59,815 nt of DNA, filler included, from Sphacelaria rigidula (GCA_964200075.2; 8 parts of 8 records of this genome joined end to end with filler, not necessarily neighbours in it), one strand, 5' to 3'. Positions 38,370 through 51,786 are shown, counted from the whole stretch's first letter. The notes: generated by a model not told the origin, from the letters alone. Program-made: numbers and translations.

Positions 38370-38677
38370 TATTTTTGGGAGGTTTCCAATCGTCCGTTCT
38401 TCCAAGGGGTTCGTGCGAAAGCACATTTTTGCCTCGATTACGGGTGAAAAAAAGGGGCACTTTGTAGCCCTAAATGGTGTTTTCGCACGTGCTCTCTGGG
38501 AGAACGGAGGGCGGGAAAGTCCTCAACATAGTTCGGGGAGATCGGGGGGGATGAGGTCGTCCATATGAAGGTCATTTGTCATGACTTTGAGTGAAGGGCA
38601 GCACTGTGTTGGAGTTCAAACTCATTTTCACGTTCAAACTCATTTCTCAGGACCCTCTGTTAGTAACTGTTGCGTGC

Positions 38678-38724
<47 letters not shown>

Positions 38725-40427
38725 AGTGTATGTATGTGTGTAAGTGTATTTTTTCTCGGAGATCCGATGGTCGGTCGGAGATGGTGTACGCAACTTTTGT
38801 ATACTCGAATCTCTTTTCTGGAACCCAGATCTGGAATTAAAATACACACTTCGCTCGTAATGAAAAAAAAGGATCCTTCGACCACACGGACTTGTCTAAG
38901 AGAAGGGGCAGCGGTTGAAAGCGTGACCAAAAGCAAGAAACAAAAAAACGCCGCTCACAGAGTACTTGAGGTGAAAGGTATCGGTCACATGTGAGTCTTG
39001 ACTTCATGGCTAACAACGTCGAGCACCAACTGTATACTCCACGTATTGTTATCTACTACAGCAACCAATGTACTGAGTGCCAAGAGGCACACGCACAAAT
39101 ACTACCTGCGTAAAAAAATGTTCCCAATGTTGAGTTCTGAATATTTCATCAAGCGAAAGAGTAAGAACATGGACACAAACACACACATATATATATATAT
39201 ATGTTTGAATCCAAGAGTAAACTTCTTGTGGAATCTTTGTTTCAATTCCATGTGTACATGATATATTATTGAACAGAAATAAAAGGTGCTTGCGATTTTC
39301 TGATCGGTCTACTTGTTCGAACGGGTGTTTCAAATTGGTGGAAAATCCCTGGTCGACCGGTGCGTCATCCAAACCTGCGTCATCACCTTCTCGGATAATT
39401 AAAAAAATTCAAAATGACCACGGACGACAGGGGTGTCACCGTCTCTCACCCGTCTCAGCCAGCCATGACGATTTACGATTTCCGTATCATTCTTGCATCA
39501 TCGTTTTGTATGTTGAAAAAACACCAATTCGGTGATATCACCTTTTCTCTCTCTCTCAGATGTAGATATAAACAGGCATCAAGTACTCTTTCGCGGTCGT
39601 TTTTTTCTAGTACTTCGTTTCTACCGTTAGGTATGTGTGGGCAGGTTTCATTGCACAAGCCGTTGAAGTAAGTCGACTGTGACTTCATCAACCCTCCTCA
39701 CATAGTGAAAGGTAGTAATATACGAGGATACAGTAGTGAAGAGAGTCACGCTTCACCTCACCGCATCTGGTGAGGAACGGGGCGAGAACTCATATGTTGC
39801 TTGCATTAGTCGTTCGACTATTGACCACACATCCGCTTTCGAGACGGAGCATCGCTCCTACTCCTAACATCGAGACCTACTACAACATTTGGGCGCTCAT
39901 TGTGTTTCTTCCATACATTAAGCAAAACCTTTTTTTTACACTTCTTATGCCCTTCGTGTTTTGCCGTCTGCGGCCACCATCTAGCTCCCAAGTATGACGA
40001 TCGTTTTCTCGCTACTATTTATCTAATGTACCAAACGATTCACACGTCGGACGCAGCTCATGATCTATAGTAACTAAATATTACTTCATATGAGTACACT
40101 GATCCGGATCATGAGCTAATATAGCTCACTCGACCGCCGTTGTCATATTTGCTTCTTGCAGCGTGCTGGACGCCGAGCACGCTGAGCAGCCCCAAGGTGG
40201 CGCTTCGGCTTCTAGGATCACGCTGTCACATATTTTGAATTCTTGGATAAGGGATCTGAGAGTCCTCTTCGATTACTCGTAGTCATTTTGGGTTACTCAT
40301 GAGCTGTCCGATGTGTGAAACGACTTCATGCTACGTAAGGGAGGGGTTGGTGAACCGCCGTAGATTTTAGGCAAGAATATGACGCGCGCGCGTGCGTGCG
40401 TGCGTGTGCGTGTGTGTGCGTGTGCGT

Positions 40428-40468
<41 letters not shown>

Positions 40469-40676
40469 AATATCACCTCCTCCCCAGTGTTTTTTCGCCC
40501 CGTTTTTCTTCACTCGGCTCTCGTGCAGTGATGTCGGTCTTCCGGCGCATATTTTAATTTTGCGCGAGAGTTTTTTTTGCACGCACGTACAAAACGTTTC
40601 ACGGTACACATACACAGCGACAACAAGGTATGGACAAACAGGCGACAGAGAGTAATTTCATTTCAAAAGGCCTCAC

Positions 40677-40815
40677 GTCTAGATAGTACGCGTGCTCCCA
40701 TACGTCCAGCACCAGGATGGGGGTCGTCTTTGGGTTCGTCGCCGGTGTGTCCTGTCCCGTGGTCACCATCATATCCAGAATCTTCTCCTCGTGGTTGTAA
40801 TACACGAACACCCAT
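40677..40815 (-). CDS. SOD: Fe/Mn superoxide dismutase, exon with the metal-binding signature
   Basis: Boundaries ttgacag|A TGG ... GAC|gtgagg. Encodes WVFVYYNHEEKILDMMVTTGQDTPATNPKTTPILVLDVWEHAYYLD, containing the DVWEHAYY signature. Confidence 0.95.
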
Positions 40816-40869
40816 CTGTCAAGCAAAGCAAGAGCGATTTCGATCATTCGAAGACGAGGAAAAATACAC

Positions 40870-41965
40870 ACAACGCAATACACGGGAGTGGAGTCGGCGC
40901 TGGTTCAGTGGCGCACAACAAACACCTAGGCTGAAACAATTCATCACGCGACGAAAACAAGTACTTCCTCTGTCCCATAAGTAAAGGTACCTAAATGTGT
41001 ACGGGCCCGTCGCGATATCCGATCGTTTATTCGTATTTCATGAACTCTACGGTGTTTTTTGGATCAAGAAAATGTGTTGAAAATTTGCAGCTCGTGCTTG
41101 AACCATGCCGCCGAACGGCTGCAAAAAAAGTGGTCGGCCCAAAAATGGTCGTTTTTTGCCCCTTCCCGAGGGGAAAAAAAGTGTCGATTTTTTTTCCATC
41201 ACGTGGGACTTCCTGGCAGCAAGCCCCAGTGAAGGCGGGGGCGATTGCAAAAAAAATCCAACAAAAAATCGGCACTTTTTTTCCCCTCGGAAAGGGGCAA
41301 AAAACGGCCATTTTTGGGGCCGACTTCATTTTTTGCAGCCGTTCGGTGGCATGGTTCAAGCACGAGCTGCAAATTTTGAACACATTTTCTTGACCCGAAA
41401 AACACCGTAGAGTTAATAAAAATAAAAATAAACGATCGGACATCGTGAAGGGCCCGTACAAATTTAGGTACCTTTACTTGTGGGACAGAGGAAGTATGAC
41501 AATACTGCACACGGGATCGCCGTCTACACACAGCACACGAGAACGGAGTCGGGGTTGGTTCAGTAGCGCACATGAACACCAACCCAAAACAATGAATCAT
41601 TCATCACAAGAAAACGGGGAAAATAATACGGCGGCACACGGGATGACCGTCTACAGCACACGGGATCGGAACCGGGGTTGGTTTAGTGGCGTACAAAAAA
41701 CATCGACCAGGAACAATTCATCATACGACATAAAATAAAAACAATACCGCACACGGGATCACCGTTTATATACAGCACACGGGAACGGAGTCCGGGTTGG
41801 GAACGGAGTTGCGGTTGGTTTATAGGGGCACAAAAAACATCCGAAATAATTAATCGTTTATCCAACAAATGACATAAACAATAAGGCTGCACAGGGGATG
41901 AACGTCTAGAGCACACAGGATCGGAATCGGGATTGGTTCAGTAGTACACAAGGACACCAACCTGA
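40870..41965. repeat. ~120-bp degenerate minisatellite, about 5 units, interrupted by the MITE
   Basis: Recurrent CAGCACACGGGATCGGA..CGGGGTTGGTTCAGTGGCGCACA core. Confidence 0.8.
40964..41494. mobile_element. Stowaway-like (Tc1/mariner) foldback MITE, 531 bp, in the SOD intron
   Basis: TA|CTTCCTCTGTCCCA...TGGGACAGAGGAAG|TA, with highly similar inverted arms of ~230 bp. Confidence 0.93.
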
Positions 41966-43369
41966 AAAAAAATACATGACGTGACGGAAAAAACAACAAC
42001 AGAGAAAACGAGAGGAGAAAGAACAACAAGGGACCAGGAGAGACAGAGAGGAAGAGCAAAACAAAACATACACGAAGCAAAAAAAATAATATATATATGT
42101 ATAGAAGAAAAAAAAACAAGAAAAGAAAAAGACACGGCAAGAACTGATAAGATAATTATACCGGTTCCGGACGGAGAAAATCGAATAGAGAAACAAAAAA
42201 AAAACAGGAAAAAAAAACGGCACGCCCCCGCTGCACGGCTTCCGGTGAGGCAACAAACCCGAAAACAAAACAAAACGATATCGGGGTGAGGGAGGTGGTG
42301 GTCGCGAGTCACGGAGGGGGGGCGAGGCAAACGAGCCCAGCTATATTATGGCCTAGCCGACCCCTTTACGTCAGCTGGGACTCCTTCACAGGCATGGCAG
42401 GACACATATTTATGCGACATTAGGACGCTGGTACATGTGGTGATGGAAAATGAGGGTACATGGCAGTCACAGACACGGGGCAACAGACGTAGGTGAATGC
42501 GGCAGAATATGAGGGTACCTGGTAATAACGCACACGGGGAACATAAAACAAAAACAAAAACAACCTCTTCACACGCAGCGGTTGCTGAATGAAGGCCCTA
42601 GCGACCAGAAATCCCTGGGCGAACTATAATAAAAAAAGCGCGGAGGGGTAATGAAGACGTCATAGACTGGTCGGAAGTGTTCGAACCTGTGCTGAATCTC
42701 TGCTGAACCTCTGCGGAACACAACACACGCCCCATCCCACGTTACCCATGTATAGTAGGCGACAGCTGTGATTTTGTCATCGCGTTTCTCTCGAGACAGG
42801 AACCAAACCGGCCTGTGGTTCTTCACAGCCCCTCGCACACACATTACACCTAGTCAGCGTAGCGGCGCAATCGCTCAGTTCGCCACAGCGGATCCGAAAA
42901 GCCCCAGAACGTTAAAGGAAACGCGTTTTTTAGCTCATGTTGTGTTTGATGTAGCGGTTTGCAAAGTGCTGCGACCTCTGCGGCACGCGTTACGGAAATC
43001 CGCGGCCACACTGACTAGTTCTGGTGTGTGGGAAGCGCACGCATCAAACCGTAGTCCAATCCTCTGCTTCGTTGCCGAGAAAACTGCGTTGCAAGATAGG
43101 CCAACAACATGCTGTACTGCTACAATAGGGGCACAAAAACAACACGAGCAGCAGCTTCTATCCTCCTGTTGTTGTAGAACGTACTATAGTAATCATTACA
43201 TTTTGTATGGGCGCCGTCGTCATTTCGAGTGACGCGTGTACTTGTGATTGATACTGGTTGGCTCATTCAGGTATCATTTCTTCTGGATTCAACTGTGTAG
43301 TTGGTCGGTCCATTTTCCCGATATAGTGCCCAAAATCGGGCCCCATTCACGGGCATAACTGTTCCAGAA

Positions 43370-43450
43370 GTGAACATGCTTTTTTTTTTGCTCTAGAACA
43401 TGAGGATATGTTGTAATGACGCACGTCTGGGACATAAAGCAATGACGACG

Positions 43451-43504
<54 letters not shown>

Positions 43505-43930
43505 CAATGCCAATATATTCTTCACACGCAGGAGATGCTGCGCTGTACTGTACCGTACTGTACTGTACTGTGAACAAACACTTTCATTTATTTTTTTGCT
43601 CTAGAGCATGAGGTAACAGGCAAAAACGCATGCTTGGGACATGAAACAACTGCAGCGATAACAACAACAATCTATTTTTCACACGTAGGATTGCTGTACA
43701 GTACAGTACAGTACAGTACAGTACGGTACGGTACAGCTTAGTGCAGTGCTGTAAATGAACACGTTTTTTTCTTTTACGGAAGAACATGAGGGTACCTGGT
43801 GACAACGCACGTAGGGCACATGACACAGCAGCAGCTTCTTCTTCACAAATAGGGGTTGCTGCACTCTACTATACGCTATACTGTACTGTACCGTGAAAAA
43901 ACACTTTTTTTACTTGTATTTTTTGCTCTC
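43370..43930. repeat. Degenerate tandem repeat with (CAA)n and (CTGTA)n/(TACAG)n microsatellites
   Basis: Recurrent TTTTTTGCTCTAGA.CATGAGG and TTCACACG.AGGA blocks. Confidence 0.75.
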
Positions 43931-43981
43931 TGGCTTTCGCTTTAGTCGGGATCTCGGTGGCGACCACGTTGTCTCACTCAC

Positions 43982-44079
43982 CCCGAACCTGAGAAAGAAG
44001 AAGCGGCGTTGGAAAACGCGAACTGCATCTCCGCGAAAGACCCGAATGACTTGTCGATTGCCTTGGCCAAGTGACGTTC
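43982..44079 (-). CDS. SOD: Fe/Mn superoxide dismutase, preceding exon
   Basis: Boundaries catcaag|GAA ... GG|gtgagt. Encodes ERHLAKAIDKSFGSFAEMQFAFSNAASSFSGSG. The phase-2 junction rebuilds GSGW with the 40815 exon. Confidence 0.92.
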
Positions 44080-44938
44080 CTTGATGACACAAACAATATG
44101 AATCGCGAGAGCACAGTGCAAAACAGAGACGCCACCGCGTGCATAAAACACAAAAAACGAATCGATTGGAAGAATGAATAAGAAGAAATAGAAGAAATAG
44201 AAGAAAAAGAGGGAGAGAAGCTGAAAAGCGGGCAACAGGCAAGAAGGTTTTTTGCTCGATTTTTCTTTCCCATTATGTTTGCGTCATGTCCTCCTGTCTC
44301 TGTTTCTAGTCTTTTCTTCTGCTGTGTCAACTTAAATATTTTTCTTTATTTTCGTCTCTTTTTGTTATTTTTGTTGTTGTTGTTGTTGTTGTTGTGTTGA
44401 CTAAGGCCACTCCTTCATCTTACGAATGGCAGCGGAAACATTTGTGTCTGTTCAAAAGGACAAACGCGCGTCTTTTTTACCCTTCGCCATCGTCCTTCTC
44501 CAGAAAATACGGAGACGGCCAGGCGCACTGATCGACTATGACATCGATCCAGAAAATATTTGTGCACTCCTACCGTGTAGCATGACTCCCCAGGAATGAC
44601 TTGATCTACTTGGCCGCCTTACCGTGTTTGAGCGTCTTACAAGACGGGAGGTTGATGACATCACAGCGGCGTATGAATAGCCTGTGCAACGAAGTGAGCC
44701 ATGTCGTGTCTGACGAAAGGTCTGAAACCAATTCGACCAACACAACCTTACACGATCCCTGCCCCCCCACCCCCCCCCTCCTTGCTTCGTCTCGAAAGGG
44801 ATGCGTGGTCAATGGTCAAATGACTAAGGCAAGCAACANNNNNNNNNNNNNNNNNNNNNNNNNNNNNNNNNNNNNNNNNNNNTTAATTAATTAANNNNNN
44901 NNNNNNNNNNNNNNNNNNNNNNNNNNNNNNNNNNNNNN

Positions 44939-45803
44939 TTATTATTATTATTATTTCCGCACATTAGTCCGATCTCGCGAACCCGTGATCACAGACGTAG
45001 GCTCGCCTTTCCGATACCGTCCTTGCTATTCTCTACCAGACACATTACCAAAAAAAGAAAAAAAAAGAGAGACGCCACGAAAACCGGTGAGAAGCAGCTC
45101 CCCCGAGTTCAACGGGGAGAGAAAAGAAAGAAAAACAAACAAACAAACAACAAACGTCAGATCTGTCAACAGTGTACACCGAAAGAAATGAAGAGAGAAG
45201 ATAATAAAGGACAAAGCAGGAAAAGACAGGTGACACAAGGAGATTAGTATGGCCACCATGATAGGGTTCAACTTAAAAGCAAAAACAACCCCAGGCACCC
45301 TCATATACGACCACCACAGCTGTTCGGAGAAAAGTGGCAGCGACTGTACTGCCCGAGTGGACTGCAGGTTACTTTTTGGAGGTCCTCGGTCGGCAGTGGG
45401 GGAGCTCTAGAGGCAGTACAGCAGACAATTCCTTAGCTTGATGTGCTTCGGTCCAAGCTGTCATATACGAAGTAGCCTCCTCCTCTACAACTCGAGACCA
45501 TTCGGACACATTTTGGGCAACCTGCGTCCACGATGTCGCGTGCATGCCGAAGTATGAGCAGAAGTCAGATATGCAATGTTGTAGGCGCCTTGCTGGTCGG
45601 CCTGCCCTCGTATTCCCTTCAAACATCACTCCACGCAAAACTATGTTGAGGAGGCCATCATCGTGCATGCGCACAAGGTGGCCGGCGTATAGGAGGGTCC
45701 GTTTCATCACAGTGGCCGCAATGCACTCGCAGCTAGTTCGTTCGAGGACTTCGTGGTACGGCAGCATATGCCCAGTGTGGAACCAGAAGTACTGAGCAGA
45801 CAT
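44939..45803 (-). mobile_element. 5'-truncated RTE-clade LINE (ORF C-terminus, 3' UTR, (TAA)n tail)
   Basis: ORF 45369-45803 contains YHEVLERTSCECIAATVMKRTLLYAGHLVRM...GRPARR...EWSRVVEE. The tail is at 44939-44955. Confidence 0.85.
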
Positions 45804-46347
45804 CGAAATGGTTCAATATGTAGACAATAACATCAGCGATGGAGGGAAAAAGAGAGGGAACGAGGATAAGGAGCGACAAATAGTCAGCTCCCTGCAGCAT
45901 AGCTGGAAGTGAAGAAGACCGTGCAAGCAACACAAGTAAGGAAAGGACATCGAAATAGTAGGCTAGGTCAGAAAATATTGTTACTGCTATTTGTTTTGTT
46001 GAAAACTACGTAGGTTTTGCTTGAGACCCACTTTAAGAGCGCGTTTGCTTCAACCAACAAGAAAACGATACAATGTTTAGAGATTGGGCAACGCAACACG
46101 CGCTCTTGAAAAACAGTACACATAAACCAGACCAAGTATTCCTGTTCAGAAAGCGCCTGATATAAGCAGCACTGCTGGGTAAACCCCCGAGTACCGTCTG
46201 CCGATACTGCTGTCGAGTGCATCCAGTACTGTCGAGCGCATCTAGCATACTTGTGTGTGCACCGTAGTAATAGATACGCCTTTCGTCTGCGTTTCACCTA
46301 ATGCACGCGTGTGTTTGTCGCCTTGCAAACCATTCGCTTTACCGCAG

Positions 46348-46472
46348 GTGCTGGAGATTGAGCAGGGGCGAACAGGTCGCACATGGGATCTTGCTGTATC
46401 GAATCTCGCTGCGTTGAAACAGGAGAACGGCGATCCCGAGGGGGCTATCGAGATATACCGTGGCATCATAAG
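46348..46472 (+). CDS. TPR + GT41-like glycosyltransferase, first visible exon (TPR)
   Basis: Boundaries ccgcag|GTG ... AG|gtgagt. Encodes AVSNLAALKQENGDPEGAIEIYRGII. Confidence 0.88.
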
Positions 46473-46620
46473 GTGAGTCAACGCTGGTCGAAGGAAGCTG
46501 TAGTTTTTATGGTTCCATCGCCGTACCGAACAATATTACAACTTTCTGGGCGTGTAGAAATCGGTCATTGCACCGCAATACGTGTTTGTGAATGCATTGA
46601 AATGTTTTGAGATCCTGGAG

Positions 46621-48023
46621 CTCGACCCGCTGTGGGTGTGATTGATTGATCAATAGCTTGTTGCAATTCAATCACTTACGACCAATTCAGCCGCGGTGTA
46701 TAGATACGAATGACGGAAGTACTAGCCAAGGGAAACGGGAGAGAACGGGGAATGATAGAAGGAAAATGAGAGCATAAGCGCGGTGAAATGAAAACGAGAA
46801 AAGGAACGAATAGAGAAGAGAAACTGAGTCGGAAACATGACGGAAACACCCAGCTACTACAATCTGGTACCGTTTCCGAGAGGACAAAATCCCGACGGGC
46901 CCCTGTCGCATGGCTCCCGGTACGGGCATTTTACGAAACAAAACTAAATGGAACAAAGCTAACGACCCCGCGGAAGCAGGTTGGGTCTCACCTCTCTGAA
47001 GATGGGCTCTGCGGGAGCGAGACGTGTAAGAACTAGAACGGCATTGCAAAACAGAAGTAAAAAAGGAGAACGAAGACGATCATATCATCAAATAAACAAA
47101 CGACGAGAAACAGAAGAGAACAAAGAAGAGGAGGAGAAGGAAGACAGAGAGGGAGGGAGGGCGGTAAGAAGAGAGAGGAAAACGAGGCAACATAGCGGAA
47201 GATGAGGAATGTAAAATAGATATTAGAAACACAGAGACGAAGCAGAACATGCACAGGGCTATAGCTTGAGGACATCACCATAGTTGCAAGCCAAGGGAAG
47301 AAATCGCCAGCCGAGAAGACAAGATTGCGGTGCTACCCCCACCTCCCTCGCTGATTCCTTGTTGATAACAAAGCGGAGCACTCTCTCGACCAGTTTCATA
47401 TTGGCTTCATAGTGGACTGTTGCTGTGATTGTAATATCAGCGCTGGCAGCTCTGCAACCCGTGGCCCTTAGCGCAGCAGCCTCTTACTTGTTGCGTAAAT
47501 CGGATTGGCGTTGCTCGTCGCGTCGCCACGCCAACTCGGACCCCCCCGCCCCTTTGTTGATCCCTAGGTGCCCTTTGCCCTCGCTCTTCGAGGCAGTGCC
47601 CCAATAGTTTCGACTCTTCTATCTTCATACGATAGACAAACCGATTTTCTCATATTTCTTGTGTGGGATAGGCCCTTGAGCATACAGGCTGTCCTAGAGG
47701 CGGTCCCTCCAGTATCTGGAAGGTCGGCCACCATCCTCGAGCCCTCGTGCGCTGTACCGTCCGAACATGGTGCGCTTCAGGAGGAAAGTTTTGCCCTGTC
47801 GGGCGAGGACCCCCGCGAACCGGCGTCGACGCTTCCGTATGGCCGCCTCGAAATATTCGCAATGGGTCATGTTGAGGACAGCTCCGTAGGAAAGAATATC
47901 ACGCCCATCGCAATCTTTCCTGCGGAAGCCATCTACTGGAAGGAAACGCTGGTGGTCGGTAGTGCACAGACACGCCTGCAAAATCCTCCGAGCCGTGGAC
48001 GTACGTACGTATCCATGTAGCAC
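46621..48023 (-). mobile_element. 5'-truncated RTE-clade LINE with a long 3' UTR and (AATC)n tail, antisense within a GT41 intron
   Basis: ORF 47694-48023 contains LSYGAVLNMTHCEYFEAAIRKRRRRFAGVLARQG...KRTMFGR...GRPSRYW. The tail is near 46639-46650. Confidence 0.8.
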
Positions 48024-49077
48024 CCTTGTGACGCATAACTCCCATTACCGCTGCTTTGGAGTCATGCTGCGATCGGGGAGGGGGGGGAGGGGTGTTCGAT
48101 GTCACGAAAAAATGGGCTCATAGGTGCGCCAGTCAGACGACCTAACACACTCGCGGTACACTCGCATTTGGTTAAGAGCGGTGTCAACAAGTATGAATGA
48201 GCGTTATTTATCGAGAGCAAGCGCGTTCGACCAACCGTTGCTGCTTTCAACGACAGTTGTAGTAGAATTCTGTGGAAGAAAACGGCCCAAAATACCTCCT
48301 CCTATCGTAGCATGACTCTCTGGGCAGCCGATATTCGGGTCGGGAGATGGGCAGATCATGGAGGTGGGAAGTAATTTCGATGAAATGTCCCCGTAGCGCT
48401 GATGTGGGTAGTAATATCGATGAAATGTTCCCGTCAAAGCTGACAGCACTACCAAGGTGGTCAAACTCCGTCGTCTGCTCCGTGAATGGGGTAAGAAAAC
48501 AAGCGCGGTGACTTTTGGTTACCCAATGTTCGCGTGAGAGAATACTTCACAATTATGGGTGCGGAACGTTCAGTGGCGGTGGTTGCAGCGTGAACCAATC
48601 GCGTACACCGCTTTGACCTAGCTTCCACGCCGACTACTAGAGCGTTCTAACGTACCACGCGAGCACCCTCCCGCCAACGCACACCCAAGCACACGACTTA
48701 TTGGTGAACGTAGGATGTCCTTGCCGAAGTCCTATCCTTACTTTGCAGGTCAACACGCGTTTTTCGGTTCATCAGAAGCCATAGAAAATATCTCCATTTG
48801 ATGTTCTCACTGTATTGTACGACCAATGGTCTCCATCGAAATCCAGCTGTGCTACCAATATCCACTTGAAGGAGAGTAGAACCCGCTCCGCGTGGTGTTC
48901 GACCGGCTTGTGTACAGCCTTGATGCTCCAAGGTGAGCATGGGCCGTACTGTAGCACTACCAGGTAGACTTACGAACACAACATATCAAACAAGATCTGA
49001 ATATTCATGGTACTGTGTTTAAAAACAAGTGTTTCAGCAGTCATCATGACAAGCGTTCGCATCTAACTGCTAGACAG

Positions 49078-49272
49078 GGACTCGACCCCGAACAGCGTGG
49101 TGCTCAGCAACTTCGGTGCTGCGTTGGCATCTATCGGGGAGCATGAGGAAGCTGCAGCGTGGCTGCATCAATCCCTTGCTTTGGATCCCGCCAACTACGG
49201 CGCAATTGAAAACCTAGGCGTATATTGGCAAGAAGAAGGGGAGCTCGACAAAGCGCGAGAGCTTTATGCCAG
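49078..49272 (+). CDS. TPR + GT41-like glycosyltransferase, exon with two TPRs
   Basis: Boundaries agacag|G ... AG|gtctgt, phase 2-2. Encodes VLSNFGAALASIGEHEEAAAWLHQSLALDPANYGAIENLGVYWQEEGELDKARELY. Confidence 0.92.
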
Positions 49273-50588
49273 GTCTGTTGCACCGACTTGGCAGTACACC
49301 ATTGGGCCTCTGTTCAGTAGGACACTGCCTTATTCAATCATATGGTCATATGTTGGCCTCTTAATTTATATAGCATTACACGTTCAAGGTTCGTGTTATC
49401 TCTCAGATGTTCCTGGAAACTACCATTTATCGTGCAAGTCGGTCACATCAGTGACAATATAATGTACAATCGTATCTCATCCTGGATAAAATGTCAAGGG
49501 AATACTGCTGGATGATGTAAAAGACACAAGAGCCAAAGTTGTCGAAATATTGAAGTCGTACAGGCAGGCAGACAGGCAGGTAGACAGGCAGGCAGAAGCC
49601 GCCAATCGTCAAACAGCGAGAAAGCCGTGATAAACCACCTTCAAAGTGTCGAAAATGTAATAAACATGTCTTTCTCACAAGACATTTTCGTGTTTCAGCA
49701 TTACTATATGATCATGTATAAAATACTTCTCTGCGCTCATGTATGCGCCAAATTTGACAACATTGTATCATGTGATGGAGAGCAAATTCACGGTTCTCAA
49801 CTGTACAAAGGCCTACATGCAGTGATTCACGATGGAGTGTGCTCATAGTATTTAGGTGGTCATTTAGGAATGCTGCGTGAGTTAGTATTCCCTTCCCATG
49901 CTTTTTAACGTCGTTTATTGCTCGAAAGGACTATACTTATTCGACTCATGAATGATGCAGGTGTGCCACATTTTTTTGTGATGCTCAGATGGAGGCTTTT
50001 TCTCCTCTGTTTCCCTGTCGCCCCTCTCTTGGTGTTTTATTCGTCTCTTCATTTGATCTCAATGGGCGCTTCTGTATTTTTCTTAGAGTGATGGCGACGG
50101 TACTGGAAAGATCGGCCTACACACATAGGCCACAAACCCCAAAAGATCTGAAGAATTATGCATGATGCGTACGATGCGTGTCGTACGAAATATGCTTGTG
50201 GAATACATGCATTTGCTTCATGTTGCACGGGTCGGTGGTGGAGGAAATGCATGTCACGGCTATAGTGTACGAACGCCAACTGGAAATTATGAATGAATCA
50301 CCGGTCCTGTACGACTCACTAAAAGTAGGTGAGGGATATGTTGGAAAGTGTCATACCGCACAAATCACGAGTTGGGGGGAAATTGGAAAGAGCAACTTCA
50401 AACGAACCAAGAGCTGGAGTGACGTCGGTATACAGTATATCATAACGTACAAATCACGATTCGAAATATGCATGAATCGACATACTGTTGCACAAATTAT
50501 GTGAATGCTTCGTGCGGAGATTATACGATAGCGTTCGATTCTCCCTTTTGTGGTCAAACTTTTCACCCGATGCTGAATCGATGTCTAG

Positions 50589-50703
50589 GTCGGCGGAGCT
50601 GCGACGAAACGACGCCCTGCTTGTAAGAGGAGCCCTGATGCTGTCACCCGTCATGGCCAGCGAGAGAGCCGTCCTCCGGGACAAGGAACGCTTGGAACAG
50701 ATG
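50589..50703 (+). CDS. TPR + GT41-like glycosyltransferase, exon
   Basis: Boundaries gtctag|G ... ATG|gtaagt, phase 2-0. Encodes DALLVRGALMLSPVMASERAVLRDKERLEQM. Confidence 0.88.
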
Positions 50704-50939
50704 GTAAGTGGATACGCTAGTGCAGATTGACATTTCAGGAACAAACGTTTGGCATGGTCACGATCGCTTTGGCCCAAAACGTTTGCATTTTTCCCCAAAC
50801 TGTTGTTCAGCCCACCATAGCCATAGCCTTGACCATGGACGTCGAAGCAGAAAACTGACCAACTAGTCAAATGACGCAACGTATTTCATGGATGACTCTC
50901 ACTGCTGCCTGCTGCCTTTGACGCCTTCTGCGGGAATAG

Positions 50940-51067
50940 GTGGACGAATTGATATCACGTCATCCTCCACTGGCGTTGTCCGGGCCGGGCCCAGCGGTAG
51001 AGCGTGTCCATTTCTATCTCGTCTACAGGGGGGGGAACCATAGGATTATCCAGGAAAAAATCGCCAG
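50940..51067 (+). CDS. TPR + GT41-like glycosyltransferase, exon not present in the ORF track
   Basis: Boundaries gaatag|GTG ... AG|gtgaga, phase 0-2. Encodes VDELISRHPPLALSGPGPAVERVHFYLVYRGGNHRIIQEKIA. Confidence 0.88.
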
Positions 51068-51250
51068 GTGAGAACCGAATTGGGAAAACGAAATAGTGTA
51101 TTTTCGTTACTACCAAGACAAAATACCAGAACTTTTTAGATTGCATATTTTCTCATTCGTAGCCTCCACACCTGCCCACAGCCTGTTTCTCTCGAACACG
51201 CACGGTATGTATGGTAACCTAGGTACTTCGAATAGCGTTCGATGCCCAAC

Positions 51251-51646
51251 AACATGTTCGTGAGATCAGAAACAGCTTCGTTTTTTAGGAAGAGGAGGCC
51301 TTTCGTGATTTACACTAGGACGGTCGAATCGCCCGAAGCGCCCGTCACGCCCCTGGAAGCCCGTGATCTGACGGGTATTTAGGTGCAAAAGATTGAAAAT
51401 CGACGTGGTCAGGCAGTCATGAGGGGAGGTGCGTTGACAATATCGAAAAATATACCTTGCACATTTCCGGTCGTATCTTACGGAAGGCGTCGCCGATGTC
51501 ATATCCGATTACGCCAAAATTCTCGTCAGATCACGGGCTTTCAGGGGGGTTACGGCCGTTTCGGAAGATTTTATCGCCTCGGTGTAAATCACGAAAAACC
51601 TCCTGTTCCGAAATAGTATCCAGTTTCCGATCTCACAAACATGCTG
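51251..51646. mobile_element. Foldback MITE-like inverted repeat in a GT41 intron
   Basis: Arms of ~140 bp: CATGTTCGTGAGATCAGAAAC..TTTCGTGATTTACAC..AAGCCCGTGATCTGACG versus CGTCAGATCACGGGCTT..GTGTAAATCACGAAA..GTTTCCGATCTCACAAACATG. Confidence 0.88.
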
Positions 51647-51786
51647 TAACTTATAGTCGTTCTCGCTAGCGTATTCTCGCTCTCCTCCTAGACGAGACAG
51701 TCAAATAGTACAGGACGCCTCCCAACCCCCTCGCCCGTTCGCCAATGCGTCTCCTCAGCCCCCCCACCTTGCCACTCCGTACACAG

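Noticed and set aside
40995..41461. Pair of similar ORFs on opposite strands
   Set aside because: This is an artefact of the palindromic MITE.
42655..42690. DVIDWSEV as the missing last SOD exon
   Set aside because: It is on the wrong strand and the wrong side of the DVWEH exon, with stops just upstream.
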